Virus record (IMG/VR): IMGVR_UViG_3300033489_000601
Location: 1,020-65,019 of that record
Source: a virus
Length of the DNA stretch: 64,000 bases
Direction: 5' to 3' (one strand)
Under the pieces are notes generated by a model. The model ran no database searches. It was not told the DNA's origin and saw only the letters and a list, made by a program, of their open reading frames with translations. A program made the position numbers and the translations under genes. The stretch's first letter is position 1. Every line of letters starts with the position of its first letter. Positions 26,604 through 36,914 of the stretch are shown piece by piece.

Positions 26604-27017
26604 ATGAAGATTGAGGAGATGATGATGCGGGCGGAGGAGGGCGCGGCGCGAGCCGCTGACTTAGCGGCGGACGAGGACGACGATGGCCTTGAGGTCGGCG
26701 ATGTTTTGCGTGACCGGCGCGAACATGCAGCCGCAGCAGGGGCGCTCGCCGCCGACGTGCTAGCGCTGATCGCGGAGGTCGAGGGGCTTACGAACCTCGT
26801 GTGCAAAGCGGGTACAGAAATCGTCGCCACGCTGAAGGAGCGCGACGCCGCGCTGCTGAAGGCGCAGATCATCGAGGACGGCGCGGCGGATACCGTCATC
26901 ATCTCGCACGAGGAAGCCCGCGCGGTGGCCGCCTTCATCCGCGGCAGCGGATACGATGGCCCTGTGTGCTATGGCGCTCTGGAAGAGCGCCTCAGCGCCG
27001 CTCTCGCCGCCCGCTAA
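26604..27017 (+). CDS. Hypothetical protein (antisense insert)
   Basis: Operator 26561-26578, then TAGGCT, GGAGGTTGGGTGATG; helical protein. Confidence 0.7.
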   Translation: MKIEEMMMRAEEGAARAADLAADEDDDGLEVGDVLRDRREHAAAAGALAADVLALIAEVEGLTNLVCKAGTEIVATLKERDAALLKAQIIEDGAADTVIISHEEARAVAAFIRGSGYDGPVCYGALEERLSAALAAR

Positions 27018-27484
27018 CCCATCCGCACACTCCCCGGCACGCCGCGCCGCCGATCGCCGGAGTCCTTCAGCCGCACATAGTTGTATTCGATGTTCAGCCG
27101 CCCCGCTTCGGGCACGGTGACGATGATGCTCACCTCGCGGATATCCCCCGCGTCGGTGAAGCGCTGCACCGCCTCGCGGCAGTAGGTGCGCACCTCGTCC
27201 TCCAGCCGCGGCCCGCCTGCATACTTGATCGTCTTGATGCGCGTGCCGGAGCCAGGAGCCGCGGTCATACGCCCATACTCCACGAGCAGCGCGAGCGCGA
27301 CGCCCTGGTCGACGGGGTGCGACGCGAGGACGCGGCCGTCGTCGTCGAAGGGGAACGTCCGCGAGGCGCCGTCGAAGCGCGCGGCGACGGGATGCGTCAC
27401 GCGGCGCGGGTCGGACAGCGACGAGGAGGCGTTGCAGCCTGCCGCGTCGAAGTAGGCCGCGTCGTAGTAGCCGGCGCCGCTCAT
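27014..27484 (-). CDS. Baseplate wedge protein (gp25/gpW/Mu gp46-like)
   Basis: About 156 aa between spike and J; GSGTRI...EDEVRTYCREAVQRF..G.I..V.I.V pattern. Confidence 0.7.
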   Translation of the reverse strand: MSGAGYYDAAYFDAAGCNASSSLSDPRRVTHPVAARFDGASRTFPFDDDGRVLASHPVDQGVALALLVEYGRMTAAPGSGTRIKTIKYAGGPRLEDEVRTYCREAVQRFTDAGDIREVSIIVTVPEAGRLNIEYNYVRLKDSGDRRRGVPGSVRMG

Positions 27485-28176
27485 CGTGTAGTGATCCTCG
27501 TGGCGGTCATCCCCGCCGGATAGGTGCCTTGTACTGCGGTGCACGCCGCCGCGAATGCGGTTGCAGCCGTCGCCAGCGTCGTTGCTGCTGCGACCACGGT
27601 CGGGTTCGTCTGTGCTCCAACGATGCCAGCGAAATTCGATACCGCCGCCGCGAACGTCGACGCTGCGACCGCCCACGTCGCCAGCGGCGCCGCCACAGCG
27701 ACCGCCGACGGAGCCGCGCCCGGATCAAGCGCGTTCACCGCCCCCGCTTCCAAGACCCCCGAGGCCAGCACCTTGACGGTGGCCCCGCTCTTCGTCGTGA
27801 TCACCACGTCGCCCGTATCTCCGGCCACGGTCACCCGGGTGCACGTGAGGTCAGCGTGCGTCGCGTACATCTCCGCCGTCCCCGCCGGCACGTCCGGCAG
27901 CACGGCGCGGTAGCGCGGGTCCTGCGTCGGCCACGCGAACGACTCGCCCCCGTCGTCGAGCAGCACGAGCCCCGCGCCCTTGCCCGCGATGACGTTGCCC
28001 GTCGGGTCGAGGTCTGGATCCCGCGGGCGGCAGCGGAAGCCGAACGGCGTGATGCTCTCCGCCGGGTCGCCGCCTCCGGGCGCTGAGGGCGAGCCAAGCC
28101 AGTCGATCCCGTAGCGCATGATGCCGTCTTCGTCGCGGAGCGCGAGCGTGCACAGGCCGTGGGAGATGGTGCTCAT
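27481..28176 (-). CDS. Baseplate spike/assembly protein (Mu gp45/gpV-like)
   Basis: PFGFRCRP...GLVLLDDGG..FAW..DPRYR..L..G.AEMY. Confidence 0.8.
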   Translation of the reverse strand: MSTISHGLCTLALRDEDGIMRYGIDWLGSPSAPGGGDPAESITPFGFRCRPRDPDLDPTGNVIAGKGAGLVLLDDGGESFAWPTQDPRYRAVLPDVPAGTAEMYATHADLTCTRVTVAGDTGDVVITTKSGATVKVLASGVLEAGAVNALDPGAAPSAVAVAAPLATWAVAASTFAAAVSNFAGIVGAQTNPTVVAAATTLATAATAFAAACTAVQGTYPAGMTATRITTR

Positions 28177-28224
28177 GGATCTACAGGCGCGGTTGTAGTA
28201 GGGTCAGAGGCGGAGGCTGGGAGA

Positions 28225-28617
28225 ATGAACGAGACGAGAAACCAGGTTATTTGGGCAGCGGTTCAGACCATCATGATGGAGACGTTGCTCGAATTCCTCG
28301 ACGAAGAAACCGCCGTGAACTTCAACTCATTCACCATCGCGAACGGCGAAGGGATCCGCGCGATCGTCACGGTCCAGAGGCCCGACAAGAAGAACCCAAT
28401 CGAGCGGTACCACGAGGTCAGAGAGGCCAACGATGCGCTGAACGACAAGGTGCTCGAGATTGCGGTGGAGATGCAGCGGATCACCGCCGAGCGCGATGCG
28501 GCGCTGGCTGAACTCGCGCGCCTTCGGGCCGCCGGGTTCGCCGTGGTCGAATACTTCGCTGCGCGCGGCAACGCGGCCGACGTCTTCGATCTCAGCGCCG
28601 CGCTCGCCGCTCGATAG
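28225..28617 (+). CDS. Hypothetical coiled-coil protein (antisense insert)
   Basis: Operator 28181-28198, then TAGGGT, GGAGG SD, ATG. Confidence 0.7.
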   Translation: MNETRNQVIWAAVQTIMMETLLEFLDEETAVNFNSFTIANGEGIRAIVTVQRPDKKNPIERYHEVREANDALNDKVLEIAVEMQRITAERDAALAELARLRAAGFAVVEYFAARGNAADVFDLSAALAAR

Positions 28618-28629
28618 CTCCGCCGACGT

Positions 28630-30042
28630 TCACAAATACTCCGCATCCCCAAACACTAGATCCCCCGGCCGGTGCAACGATAGCTCGGTCGTCGTGCCGT
28701 CCGCGCCGCGCCGGAAGGTGACCTCGCCGATCCACAGCGGGCCCTTCACGTCGAGCTCGTCGTCCATCACCTCGACCATCGTGTCCACCGCCCACACGCT
28801 GCGCTCGCCGGGCCGCGTGAGGCTCGGGGCGCTGTGGCCCTGCACGGTGACGACGTACTCCCACCCCTCGCGGCGCGCGTTCATGCACAGGCGCTTCGCC
28901 TCGTAGGCCGCCTGCGCGTCGCTCTTCACCTCGCGCTCCGCCTCGACCTTCACGAGCGACAGCGGGAAGCCCAGCGCGACCATCTCGTCGTCGATGAACT
29001 CGCCCCGCAGCGAGCCCCGCCCGCTCGCGCCCTTGCCGCCACGCCCATGCACGACGTAGCGCGTGTGCCGCCCCGTGGTCTCGTTGCGATGCCGCACGCG
29101 CAGCACGTTGACCGCGAGCGCCGCCGTCGCGCGGGCGTTCCCCTGCACCTGCGTGTTGCCGTCCGGCGTGCCGCCGCGCTGACGCAGGAGCCGAGCAACG
29201 GGCCGCGTCGAGGTGTTCGGCTGCGCGAGGACGAAGGTGTTCTCGCCCGCAGCGCTGAAGAGAAACAGGCCCGCCTTCGCGAGGTGACTCTTCAGCCATG
29301 CGTACCGCTGGTCGCCGGCCTTGATTTTCAGGGCCTTGTCCTTCGACGGCGAGGGGGTGACCGCGGTCTGCTCAGGCACCGCGTTCGGCGTCTCGACCAC
29401 GGTCACGCCCTGGCGTACGAGCTGCGTCGGCTTCCCCGGCGAGACAATCGCGAGCGTCGGCCCCGCCGTGCCCTTCGCCGCGAGCGTCTGCGCGTCGAGG
29501 CTGGCCTTGATTCGCTTGAGCTCCGCGGTCACAGCAGACGCCCGCAGCGCCGCCGCGCTCGTGCCGCCCCCGCCGAGCGGCACGCCCGCAATGCTCGAGC
29601 GGTTCGCTGCGTTGTCGCCGAACAGCGTGAACTCTTCGATTCCCGCCGCGGTCATCTGCTCGGTGACGACCTGCGTCCACGACATGCCGCTGCACGAGCG
29701 ATCGGCCTCCGCGTCGGCGTCGATGAGCGGAGCAAGCTGGTCGCGCCCGCGAAGTTGTAACGTCGTCGCGCCGCTGCCGTCGCTCGCGGTGTAGCCGTCC
29801 GTACGCCCGGTCATCTGCGCGACGTCGCCCACGTACAGCACGAACGGCGTGCGCGCGGGGAAGCGCCGGGCGAGCGCGGCCGCTGTCTCCCCCGAGCCGA
29901 TCGTCACGCTGAACGCCGCCGGCTGCGTGGTGAAGCTGAGCTTGACCTCGTAGGTCTCGACGATGCGGCACGTCTGCCCCGCGAGGTCGAGCCGCACGAA
30001 GTCGTCGACCGCGCCGGAGGGGGAGATGGAGAAGAGCGTCAT
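28630..30042 (-). CDS. Baseplate hub / tail protein (Mu gp44-like)
   Basis: YEVKLSFTTQPAAFSVT, LYVGDVAQMTGRTD, LRGRDQLAPLIDA; C-terminal VWAVDTMVEVMDDELD..G.LWIGEVTFRRGADGTTTEL. Confidence 0.85.
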   Translation of the reverse strand: MTLFSISPSGAVDDFVRLDLAGQTCRIVETYEVKLSFTTQPAAFSVTIGSGETAAALARRFPARTPFVLYVGDVAQMTGRTDGYTASDGSGATTLQLRGRDQLAPLIDADAEADRSCSGMSWTQVVTEQMTAAGIEEFTLFGDNAANRSSIAGVPLGGGGTSAAALRASAVTAELKRIKASLDAQTLAAKGTAGPTLAIVSPGKPTQLVRQGVTVVETPNAVPEQTAVTPSPSKDKALKIKAGDQRYAWLKSHLAKAGLFLFSAAGENTFVLAQPNTSTRPVARLLRQRGGTPDGNTQVQGNARATAALAVNVLRVRHRNETTGRHTRYVVHGRGGKGASGRGSLRGEFIDDEMVALGFPLSLVKVEAEREVKSDAQAAYEAKRLCMNARREGWEYVVTVQGHSAPSLTRPGERSVWAVDTMVEVMDDELDVKGPLWIGEVTFRRGADGTTTELSLHRPGDLVFGDAEYL

Positions 30043-30099
30043 GAGGGGCTACAGGCGCGGGTGGAGGTGTGGTAGAACGGCGGCGGAGGTTGAGAGAGT

Positions 30100-30477
30100 A
30101 TGGGACGCATTCACCATCACGCGATCGTGGTGACCAGTTACGGAGACGACCGAACGGAGCAGGCACACGCTGAGGCCAAGCGAATCGGGTGCCTGGTTTC
30201 AGATGTCGTTGTTGCTCTAACCAACGGCTTCTCCACGTTTATGGTTGGCCCAGACGGCTCGAAAGAGGACTGGAAAGAGTCGGACAAGGGCGACGAGCAG
30301 CGGGCGCGGTTCATTAAATGGCTCCTCGCTCAGCGTTTCAGTGATGGGAGTTCGCCTTACTCGTGGGCGGAAATCGCATACGGCGAGGAAGAGGGCGGTC
30401 CCGCTGAGATCGTCAACAGCAGCCAATGGGCTGACGAAGTGGGCGCCGCTCACGCCGCCCCAACCCCGCCCACGTAA
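30100..30477 (+). CDS. Conserved-type phage hypothetical protein (antisense insert)
   Basis: Operator 30049-30066 and GGAGGT SD; HHHAIVVTS...NGFSTFMVGPDGSKEDWKESD motif. Confidence 0.75.
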   Translation: MGRIHHHAIVVTSYGDDRTEQAHAEAKRIGCLVSDVVVALTNGFSTFMVGPDGSKEDWKESDKGDEQRARFIKWLLAQRFSDGSSPYSWAEIAYGEEEGGPAEIVNSSQWADEVGAAHAAPTPPT

Positions 30478-31397
30478 TACACCACCGCCGTCCCCTGCGG
30501 TATATCCAGCGCATCGGGGAACGCGTTCATCTTCAATAGCTCGACCGCTCGCGCGCTGTCTCCGTATACAGCCGCCGCCACCTGCGCCACCGTACCGCGC
30601 GCCTGCGTGATGTACGTGTCCGTCGGCTGGTCACGCTCCTGCGCGTCGTGCGCGAGCGTTCTCATCGAAGCCCACGTCTCGCCGAGCGCGTCGAGCAGCG
30701 CGTACGACTGCGGCTGATTCAGGCTGCGGCACGTCGCGCTGATCGTGCGGCAGCGCTCGGCCGCGAGTTCGGCCTTCTGCGCTACGGTCGCTGTGTAGAG
30801 GTCGTCGCCAGACGCGACCGCCTGGAGGTCAGCGATGAGCGCGAAGAGGCCGTCAAACTGCACTTCCTCCGCGAGGAGGAGCTTATCCGCCGCCGCCGGG
30901 TCGGTCACGTCGGGGAAGAGCCCCGCCGTCGAGCGCGTCGCGACGATGAGCTTCAGCGTGTCGAGCGACGTGAGGATCTGCGTGCTTGTGGTCACGAGTT
31001 TGTCCGCGAGGAACTGCTGGCTCTGGTCCTCGAGGAACGTGAAGCTCACGTCGTAGCCGCTGCGCGCCTTCGCAACGAGGTCGTCCTGCCACTCGATGCA
31101 CGTCGCGCTCATCGTGCCGATGTGCGGGATCACGAGGTCCCACGGCTGCCCCCCTTCGGCGAGCGTGCGGAGCGAGGCCATCGTCTCGAGCAGGAGCGGG
31201 TACTTACGGAAGGTCTCGTGTGCCGGGACCGAGACCTTGACCTCGTACAACTTCCGGCCGAGCCGCTCGACGGCCCCGCCGGGCGCGTAGGGGTACTCGT
31301 GCACGTGGTGCCGCAGGCTGCCCTTCAGCGAGAGGCTGCGCGTGGGGAACGCGAAGCCCGCGAAGGAAAGCTGGAGGAGGCGGTCGAAGTAGGCCAT
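30450..31397 (-). CDS. DNA circularization N-terminal domain protein (Mu gp43-like) with LysM-like C-terminus
   Basis: SFAGFAFP...G.LRHHVHEYPY..GGAVERLGRK; C-terminal VAQVAAAVYGDSARAVELLKMN...IPQGT. Confidence 0.85.
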   Translation of the reverse strand: MAYFDRLLQLSFAGFAFPTRSLSLKGSLRHHVHEYPYAPGGAVERLGRKLYEVKVSVPAHETFRKYPLLLETMASLRTLAEGGQPWDLVIPHIGTMSATCIEWQDDLVAKARSGYDVSFTFLEDQSQQFLADKLVTTSTQILTSLDTLKLIVATRSTAGLFPDVTDPAAADKLLLAEEVQFDGLFALIADLQAVASGDDLYTATVAQKAELAAERCRTISATCRSLNQPQSYALLDALGETWASMRTLAHDAQERDQPTDTYITQARGTVAQVAAAVYGDSARAVELLKMNAFPDALDIPQGTAVVYYVGGVGAA

Positions 31398-31418
31398 TGA
31401 TTATGTTATGAGTGAGCG

Positions 31419-31628
31419 ATGAACGACCCTACCTACGCGCGGACAGATTGCGGGCGATATGTCCTAAACGTTGACCACGCGAAACAGCGGATGCTTCTCG
31501 ATGAAGGCGGGACGCGGGTGTGGTTCGATGAGCCCCGCCTGCGCGGCATCACCATCGGAGGCCGAGCGCTCGCGTCGTGGCTCACTTCCGCCCCCGCTCA
31601 TCCACACCCGCCGCCGCGCCTGCGCTGA
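31419..31628 (+). CDS. Hypothetical protein (antisense insert)
   Basis: 69 aa after an AT-rich spacer; 3' end overlaps the tape measure stop. Confidence 0.45.
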   Translation: MNDPTYARTDCGRYVLNVDHAKQRMLLDEGGTRVWFDEPRLRGITIGGRALASWLTSAPAHPHPPPRLR

Positions 31629-33777
31629 CCGTCACGTTCGCCTTGATGCCGCCCTTCACGCTGCCCGACAGCACCGTGAGAGCCGCGGTCAGCGCCGCGA
31701 GGTCGCCTTTCAGCGTCCCTAGCTTCTCGGCGTCCGCGCTCGCCTTCGACGCCCCCGCGAGCGTCTGATCGCTGAACGGATTCAGCGCGCCCTGGAGCGT
31801 CTTGCCGACGCCCGCACCCTCAGCCTCGGCGATGCGAGCCTGAAGCGCCGCGCGTTCCTTCTCGAGGTTCGCGACGTCGGCCTCGGTTCCCCCGCCGGTG
31901 CGAGCAAGCATGTTTGCTCGGCTGATCGCATTGACCTGCGCGGCGTCGTCCGCGACGCTCGAGGTCTTGCCCTTGTCGACCGCGCTGCCGACGATATCGA
32001 TGATCGCCGACGTGATGGTGAACGTCGCGACGCCGACCGCGATCGCGCCGAGCGCCGCGCCCGCCTTGCCCGCGCCGGCCATCCCGCCGACCGAGCCCGC
32101 GCCGGCCATCGTCGCCTGGAGCATCTTCTCGACGCCGCTCGCAACGGCGTTGCCGATAGCCGCCTTCGCGATACTCCCCGTGATGGCGAGCACGATCATT
32201 CGGCCGGGGTTGTCCGCCGCCCACGCCGCCGCGCCGACCATCCCCTCGACGAACTTCAGGATCGCGGGCGCCGCCGCGATGAGCTTTGGTAAAAGCTGGC
32301 TCGATAACTCGGCCCCGATCGCCGCGAGCTTGTTGTTGATGTCCTGGATCTTCGAGGCGTCGGTGCCCTTCTGAGCCGCCAGATCTCCGGCGATCTTCTC
32401 GTCGGTCCATGCCCCGCCGAACTTCGCCATCAAGTCGTCGACAGCCTTCTGACCTGCGGCTCCGCCGCCTGCGTCGCGATACATGGAAGCGAGCCCCTCG
32501 GCGGGTTTCGCGCCGACGACGTTCGCAAAGAGCGCCTTGAACCGGAGCGGGTCCATGCCCGTCTTCGCGAGGCTCTCCTTCATGATCTCTTCGATGTCGC
32601 GGACCTTGCCCTCGGACCCCTTTTTCTTCGAGAAGACGTCGATACCTTCGTCTTTGAACGCCTTGACACGCGCGGGTGTGCTGAGGATGTTGCCGAGCCC
32701 CGCAATGCTCGTCGCCGCGCTTGTGGCCGACGGCGCCCCGCCATACTGCCGCGCGATCTGGACGAGGGCCCCCATCTTCTTGAGATTTTCGCCGCGGTCG
32801 CCCTCGAACTTCCCGGCCGCCGCTTGCAGCTTCGGGAACTGCGACACGAGGTTCTTGTATTCGATCGCGCCTTCCTGCCCCTGCGCGCCGAACGTCTTAA
32901 TGACGTCAGTGATCCCCTTCACCTTCGCCTGCGTGTCGCTGCCGAACGCATCGCCGAGCGCGACGCTGATCTGCCCCGCTGTACCGATCATCTCTTCCAG
33001 GTCGGTGCTCGACGCTTTCGCGATCATCGACCATTCTCGAAGGCCAGCCTGCCCCGTGGTGAGGTCGCCGCTGAACTCCTGGAACTTCGCGAGGCCGCCA
33101 ATAACCTTGGACGGATCAAGCCTGAACTCCCCGCCCACGTCGCGTGCCTGCTTCACGATCGCGCCGGGGTCGAGCCGCTGCTCACCCTTCTTGCCGCGGT
33201 ACGCCGCATTCGATAGGTCGACGGCCTGCTTCTGCATGTCGACGCTGCCGCCGACGAGCGAGCCGAGATCCCAATTCACCCCCGCGCCGCGCGCAACATC
33301 CCTGGCGACGCCGATGCCCGCGCGCCCAATACCGCCGAGCGTGCGCATCGCGCCCGTCCCGATGCCGAGCGCTGTGCTCGCGCGCGAGCGGCCCTGCGCC
33401 GACGCCTCGCGCTCCTGCTGCGCGATCGCCCGCTGCCGGATCTGGTAGACGTGCTCGACAGCCTTCGCCTTCTCGCGCTCGCCGCGGACGGCCTCCTGCG
33501 TGGCGCGGCGCTGAAGCGCGATCGCCTCCTTCGCGCCGTCGCGCTCAGCCTGGATCTTCGCGCGGACGTACTGCCGATGGACCGCAGCCTCCGCGCGGAA
33601 GCCCTCGATCGACATCCGGCCCGCTTGGCGTTGCGCTTCGATCTGCGCCTTCGCCGCCGCGCGTACATCCGCCGTCGCCTGAGCCCGCGCCTTCTTCGCG
33701 CTGTCGACGAGCGGGCGCACCACGTCGACGAGGCTGCGGTCAGCCTGAGCACCGACGGTGATGACGACGCGAGACAT
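31582..33777 (-). CDS. Tail tape measure protein
   Basis: 731 aa Ala/Gly-rich helical protein following sheath, tube and chaperones. Confidence 0.88.
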   Translation of the reverse strand: MSRVVITVGAQADRSLVDVVRPLVDSAKKARAQATADVRAAAKAQIEAQRQAGRMSIEGFRAEAAVHRQYVRAKIQAERDGAKEAIALQRRATQEAVRGEREKAKAVEHVYQIRQRAIAQQEREASAQGRSRASTALGIGTGAMRTLGGIGRAGIGVARDVARGAGVNWDLGSLVGGSVDMQKQAVDLSNAAYRGKKGEQRLDPGAIVKQARDVGGEFRLDPSKVIGGLAKFQEFSGDLTTGQAGLREWSMIAKASSTDLEEMIGTAGQISVALGDAFGSDTQAKVKGITDVIKTFGAQGQEGAIEYKNLVSQFPKLQAAAGKFEGDRGENLKKMGALVQIARQYGGAPSATSAATSIAGLGNILSTPARVKAFKDEGIDVFSKKKGSEGKVRDIEEIMKESLAKTGMDPLRFKALFANVVGAKPAEGLASMYRDAGGGAAGQKAVDDLMAKFGGAWTDEKIAGDLAAQKGTDASKIQDINNKLAAIGAELSSQLLPKLIAAAPAILKFVEGMVGAAAWAADNPGRMIVLAITGSIAKAAIGNAVASGVEKMLQATMAGAGSVGGMAGAGKAGAALGAIAVGVATFTITSAIIDIVGSAVDKGKTSSVADDAAQVNAISRANMLARTGGGTEADVANLEKERAALQARIAEAEGAGVGKTLQGALNPFSDQTLAGASKASADAEKLGTLKGDLAALTAALTVLSGSVKGGIKANVTVSAGAAAGVDERGRK

Positions 33778-33780
33778 AGG

Positions 33781-34335
33781 CTATCCCTTGCTCTCGCCGG
33801 CCAACTCCACCACGCGCTGAAGCAGCCGCGCCACCTGCGCGCGCGTCCGCGGGCTCATCCGCTCCCACCACGCATCATCCCGCAGACTCGCCGCGAGCGC
33901 CTGGGCGCCGTCCTCGCTGATCTCCGGTGACAGCGGCGAGTCGACGATCCCGAGTTCGACAATCGCGTCCCATAGCCGCAGCGTGCCCGCGCTGGACAGC
34001 TTGTTCTGGATACTGAACGGCTGCATCTCGAAGAGCGGCTCGTCCATGTCGTCGTGCAGCGTGAGCGCGTGGCCGATGATGAAGCCCATCAACGCCTGGT
34101 CGTACGCCTGCACCCAGATATCCGAGCGCGCGTCGAGCCGCGGATGCAGCTCGTTCGCGCGACGCTCCGCCTCTGGGCGAGCCCGCGCATAGTCGCCCTC
34201 GCTCACGAGCCGGATCCCAACGAATTCAGGCGCGCTCGCCTTCCCCTCCCACGTGTCGGCCCACGCGCTGGGCTTCAGCGGCACGGTCATCGGCGGCGGG
34301 CGCCGAGCCGTGGTCACAGCGTTTGCGTACTTCAT
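33781..34335 (-). CDS. Tail assembly chaperone-like protein
   Basis: 184 aa immediately upstream of the tape measure gene. Confidence 0.55.
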   Translation of the reverse strand: MKYANAVTTARRPPPMTVPLKPSAWADTWEGKASAPEFVGIRLVSEGDYARARPEAERRANELHPRLDARSDIWVQAYDQALMGFIIGHALTLHDDMDEPLFEMQPFSIQNKLSSAGTLRLWDAIVELGIVDSPLSPEISEDGAQALAASLRDDAWWERMSPRTRAQVARLLQRVVELAGESKG

Positions 34336-34339
34336 TCGT

Positions 34340-34960
34340 CTACGCCCCGTCGCTCGTTGATGTCTCGCTCGAGTTCTCTGGCTTCTTTACCTCGTCCAGT
34401 GAGGCCGAGGTAAAGGGCAACTTGGACTCGAGTAAGTTCATATACTGGACGCACAAAGTACGCACAAAGCTCCTGCGCGTAGCGGGCGCCCATTGCTCGA
34501 AAGGGAGTTCAGCGGGGTCTTCCTCCTTGACCGCGTGCGCAATGACCTCGTTGATGAACTCCCCGATATCAAGGCCGCGCTTCCGAAAGCTGCACGCGTC
34601 CTGATGCCGCTGCTGCGCCTCGAAGAGGAACGCGATGCGATCGCGGTCGAGCCCCGTCGTGCGATCGAGCATCTGCTCGATGCTATCGAACGCGCGCACG
34701 GGCTTCGTCGGCTCGTCGGGGTCGAGACACGCCGCGAGCAGCGTATGCACCCACAACCCAAGCTCATAGAGCTCGTCGCCGCGCTTCGGCTCCTCCACGC
34801 CGCGCGCCTTCGCGAACGCCCGAGCGCCCACGAGCACGTCGGCCTCGTGCTCGCCGATGAGCGGCACGATATCCACAGCCCACGACGTCCCATCGATAAG
34901 CGCGAGATCGAAGCGCTGGCGCGCGAGCACCCCCCGCGCGACGTCTTTAAAGCGAGCCAT
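34340..34960 (-). CDS. Tail assembly chaperone
   Basis: 206 aa directly after the tube gene; helical. Confidence 0.65.
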   Translation of the reverse strand: MARFKDVARGVLARQRFDLALIDGTSWAVDIVPLIGEHEADVLVGARAFAKARGVEEPKRGDELYELGLWVHTLLAACLDPDEPTKPVRAFDSIEQMLDRTTGLDRDRIAFLFEAQQRHQDACSFRKRGLDIGEFINEVIAHAVKEEDPAELPFEQWAPATRRSFVRTLCVQYMNLLESKLPFTSASLDEVKKPENSSETSTSDGA

Positions 34961-34961
34961 G

Positions 34962-35333
34962 TCAGATCACCTGCGGTCGGCCGCTGCGGAAGGTGAATGA
35001 ACCCTTCACGACGCCTGTTTTTGAGGTCGTCTTCACCTCAGCCTCGGTGATCTTCGCATCGGGCAGCTTGTAGGTCTTGCCGCCCGTGAGCGCGCCGATC
35101 GACACGTACGCCTGCGACAGCATGAGGCCGACCATATCGATCTCGGTGCCCGTCACGGGCGTGACCGTGGAGAACGAGCCCTCGACGGTGACGATGCCCG
35201 TGCTCTCGCCGAGCACCTCCTCGAAGCCGACCTGCTGCTCGCCGTTCGTCATGAACTTGAGCGACGCCTCCTCAATCTCAGCAACTTTCTTGTTGTTGAT
35301 ATAGAGGGGCATCGCCCGGAATTGCTTGGCCAT
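34962..35333 (-). CDS. Tail tube protein
   Basis: 123 aa beta-rich protein following the sheath gene. Confidence 0.8.
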   Translation of the reverse strand: MAKQFRAMPLYINNKKVAEIEEASLKFMTNGEQQVGFEEVLGESTGIVTVEGSFSTVTPVTGTEIDMVGLMLSQAYVSIGALTGGKTYKLPDAKITEAEVKTTSKTGVVKGSFTFRSGRPQVI

Positions 35334-35375
35334 ATCTCGCTCTTCTTTCTATCGGCTCGTGGTTATGGCCGCGGT

Positions 35376-36914
35376 TCAGGACCCGTATTGCTGCTGTCGC
35401 ACGCTGACCTTGATCGCGTGCTGGAGCGGCAGCGGAATCGCCGGCACGATGCTCTCGAGCCAGCCCGTCCCGCCGCCGTTCGCATTGAAGGTGGTGACGG
35501 GCGGATGCGACTCGACCTGGGTCAAGATGTTGTCGTCCTGGAGCGTGAGGAGCTGCGAGGTGACCTCCGCGTTCCACAGGCTCGGCGTCGCGACGCCCGC
35601 CTTCGGAGTCGCCTCCTCTGCCGCGGGGTCGTCGCGCACGTACGGATTCGCAATCACGAAGTCGGTCGTCCACACGAGTTGCAATACGTCGCGCACGTAA
35701 TCGGGCACGACCGCCTGCGCCGTGTCGAGCGTGTTGTAGTTCGCCACGGTCCCCGCGCTGTTCTGCGAGCGCGTCGTTATCGAGCGCACGATCACCGCGT
35801 CGCCGTTGTCGAGCGTATCGATCGGCGTCACGCTGCCGTCCAGCGCGCTGATCTGCTGCGCCAGCGTCGGCCGCGAGGGGCGATAGCGCTGCCCGCGGAT
35901 GCCGGGGAGCGCCACGCCGTCGTATCCCGCGTTCGGGTTGTCCTGCTCGATGAGCGTGCGATACGCAGCGAAGACCGCGGCGATCTCGCTCGGGTGCGAT
36001 TCGCTGTCCTTCATCCACAGGCATTGCATGCGCGCGTTGTTCGCGGTCGTCTGTGCCACCGAAGTGGCCGTGCTCAAGAGGTTGGAGCCGAGGGCGCAGA
36101 CCGCGTGCTGCGTCTTGTTCACGGTGGGCCCCGCCATTGCGTCGAGCTGCACCTCCCACGCCGCGATGCTCGTCGCGTCCTGCTGCGCGAAAGCAATGCG
36201 ATGAAAGCGGCTGTTCGCGATCGTCGCGAGAGCCGTCGTCATGGTCTCCACACCCGCGCCGTCGACGAGCCGCACGCCATTCCCCGTGGTCGAGTCGCCG
36301 GTAACCGCGGTCCCGCCGGCGAGCGTTAGCGTCAGGCCGCTCGGCGCGCCGGAGAGATCTTTGAACACGATCGTGTTCAGCGCACGCACCCCAGCGCTCC
36401 TATGCGTTCCGGTTAGCACGCCCGCGATGTTATCCGCCGAGCACACGCCGCGCGTGTTCGCGAGGATCGCCGCCTTCATGGCCGCGGCGACCGTCGTAAC
36501 GTTGTCCGCCGCGCCGACGGCGCTCTCGTGTAGCTCGCCGCCGATCCACAGGCGGATGACGCCCGCCGTCGTCCACGTGCCCGCTACGGTCGCCGTGAAG
36601 GTGCCAGCGACAGCCGCGCCGTTCGGCGTCACCGCGAGGCCATAGAGATCGACGTTGGGGATACGCAGGGCAGCGAGGAGCATCCGATTGAGCTCGGAGC
36701 CCGCCCCCGCCTTCGTGTCTGCTTCCGCCGCGTCGGGACAGGCGAAGACCTCGGTGTCGAGGGTCGCCGTGCCCACGGCCGCGGTGTCCTTCAGAGCCAC
36801 CACGAGGAGCTTGAGTCGCTGATCGCCGATGCTCGCGGCGCCGACGCCGAACTGCGTCTCGCCGAGGAAGCCGGGGACCTTATAGCTATCCTGAACCGTC
36901 GGAATGATGCTCAC
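35376..36914 (-). CDS. Contractile tail sheath protein (Mu gpL-like)
   Basis: YKVPGFLGE N-terminus, EAD..AGAGSEL..M, TLTA..AG..GN-like segment, LDGSVTPI, IVRSITT, LDT..V..YVR. Confidence 0.9.
   Translation of the reverse strand: MSIIPTVQDSYKVPGFLGETQFGVGAASIGDQRLKLLVVALKDTAAVGTATLDTEVFACPDAAEADTKAGAGSELNRMLLAALRIPNVDLYGLAVTPNGAAVAGTFTATVAGTWTTAGVIRLWIGGELHESAVGAADNVTTVAAAMKAAILANTRGVCSADNIAGVLTGTHRSAGVRALNTIVFKDLSGAPSGLTLTLAGGTAVTGDSTTGNGVRLVDGAGVETMTTALATIANSRFHRIAFAQQDATSIAAWEVQLDAMAGPTVNKTQHAVCALGSNLLSTATSVAQTTANNARMQCLWMKDSESHPSEIAAVFAAYRTLIEQDNPNAGYDGVALPGIRGQRYRPSRPTLAQQISALDGSVTPIDTLDNGDAVIVRSITTRSQNSAGTVANYNTLDTAQAVVPDYVRDVLQLVWTTDFVIANPYVRDDPAAEEATPKAGVATPSLWNAEVTSQLLTLQDDNILTQVESHPPVTTFNANGGGTGWLESIVPAIPLPLQHAIKVSVRQQQYGS

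Noticed and set aside
33781-34960. Programmed G/G-T frameshift in the tail chaperones
   Set aside because: The two ORFs are separated by 4 nt, the second has its own ATG, and I saw no convincing slippery heptamer.
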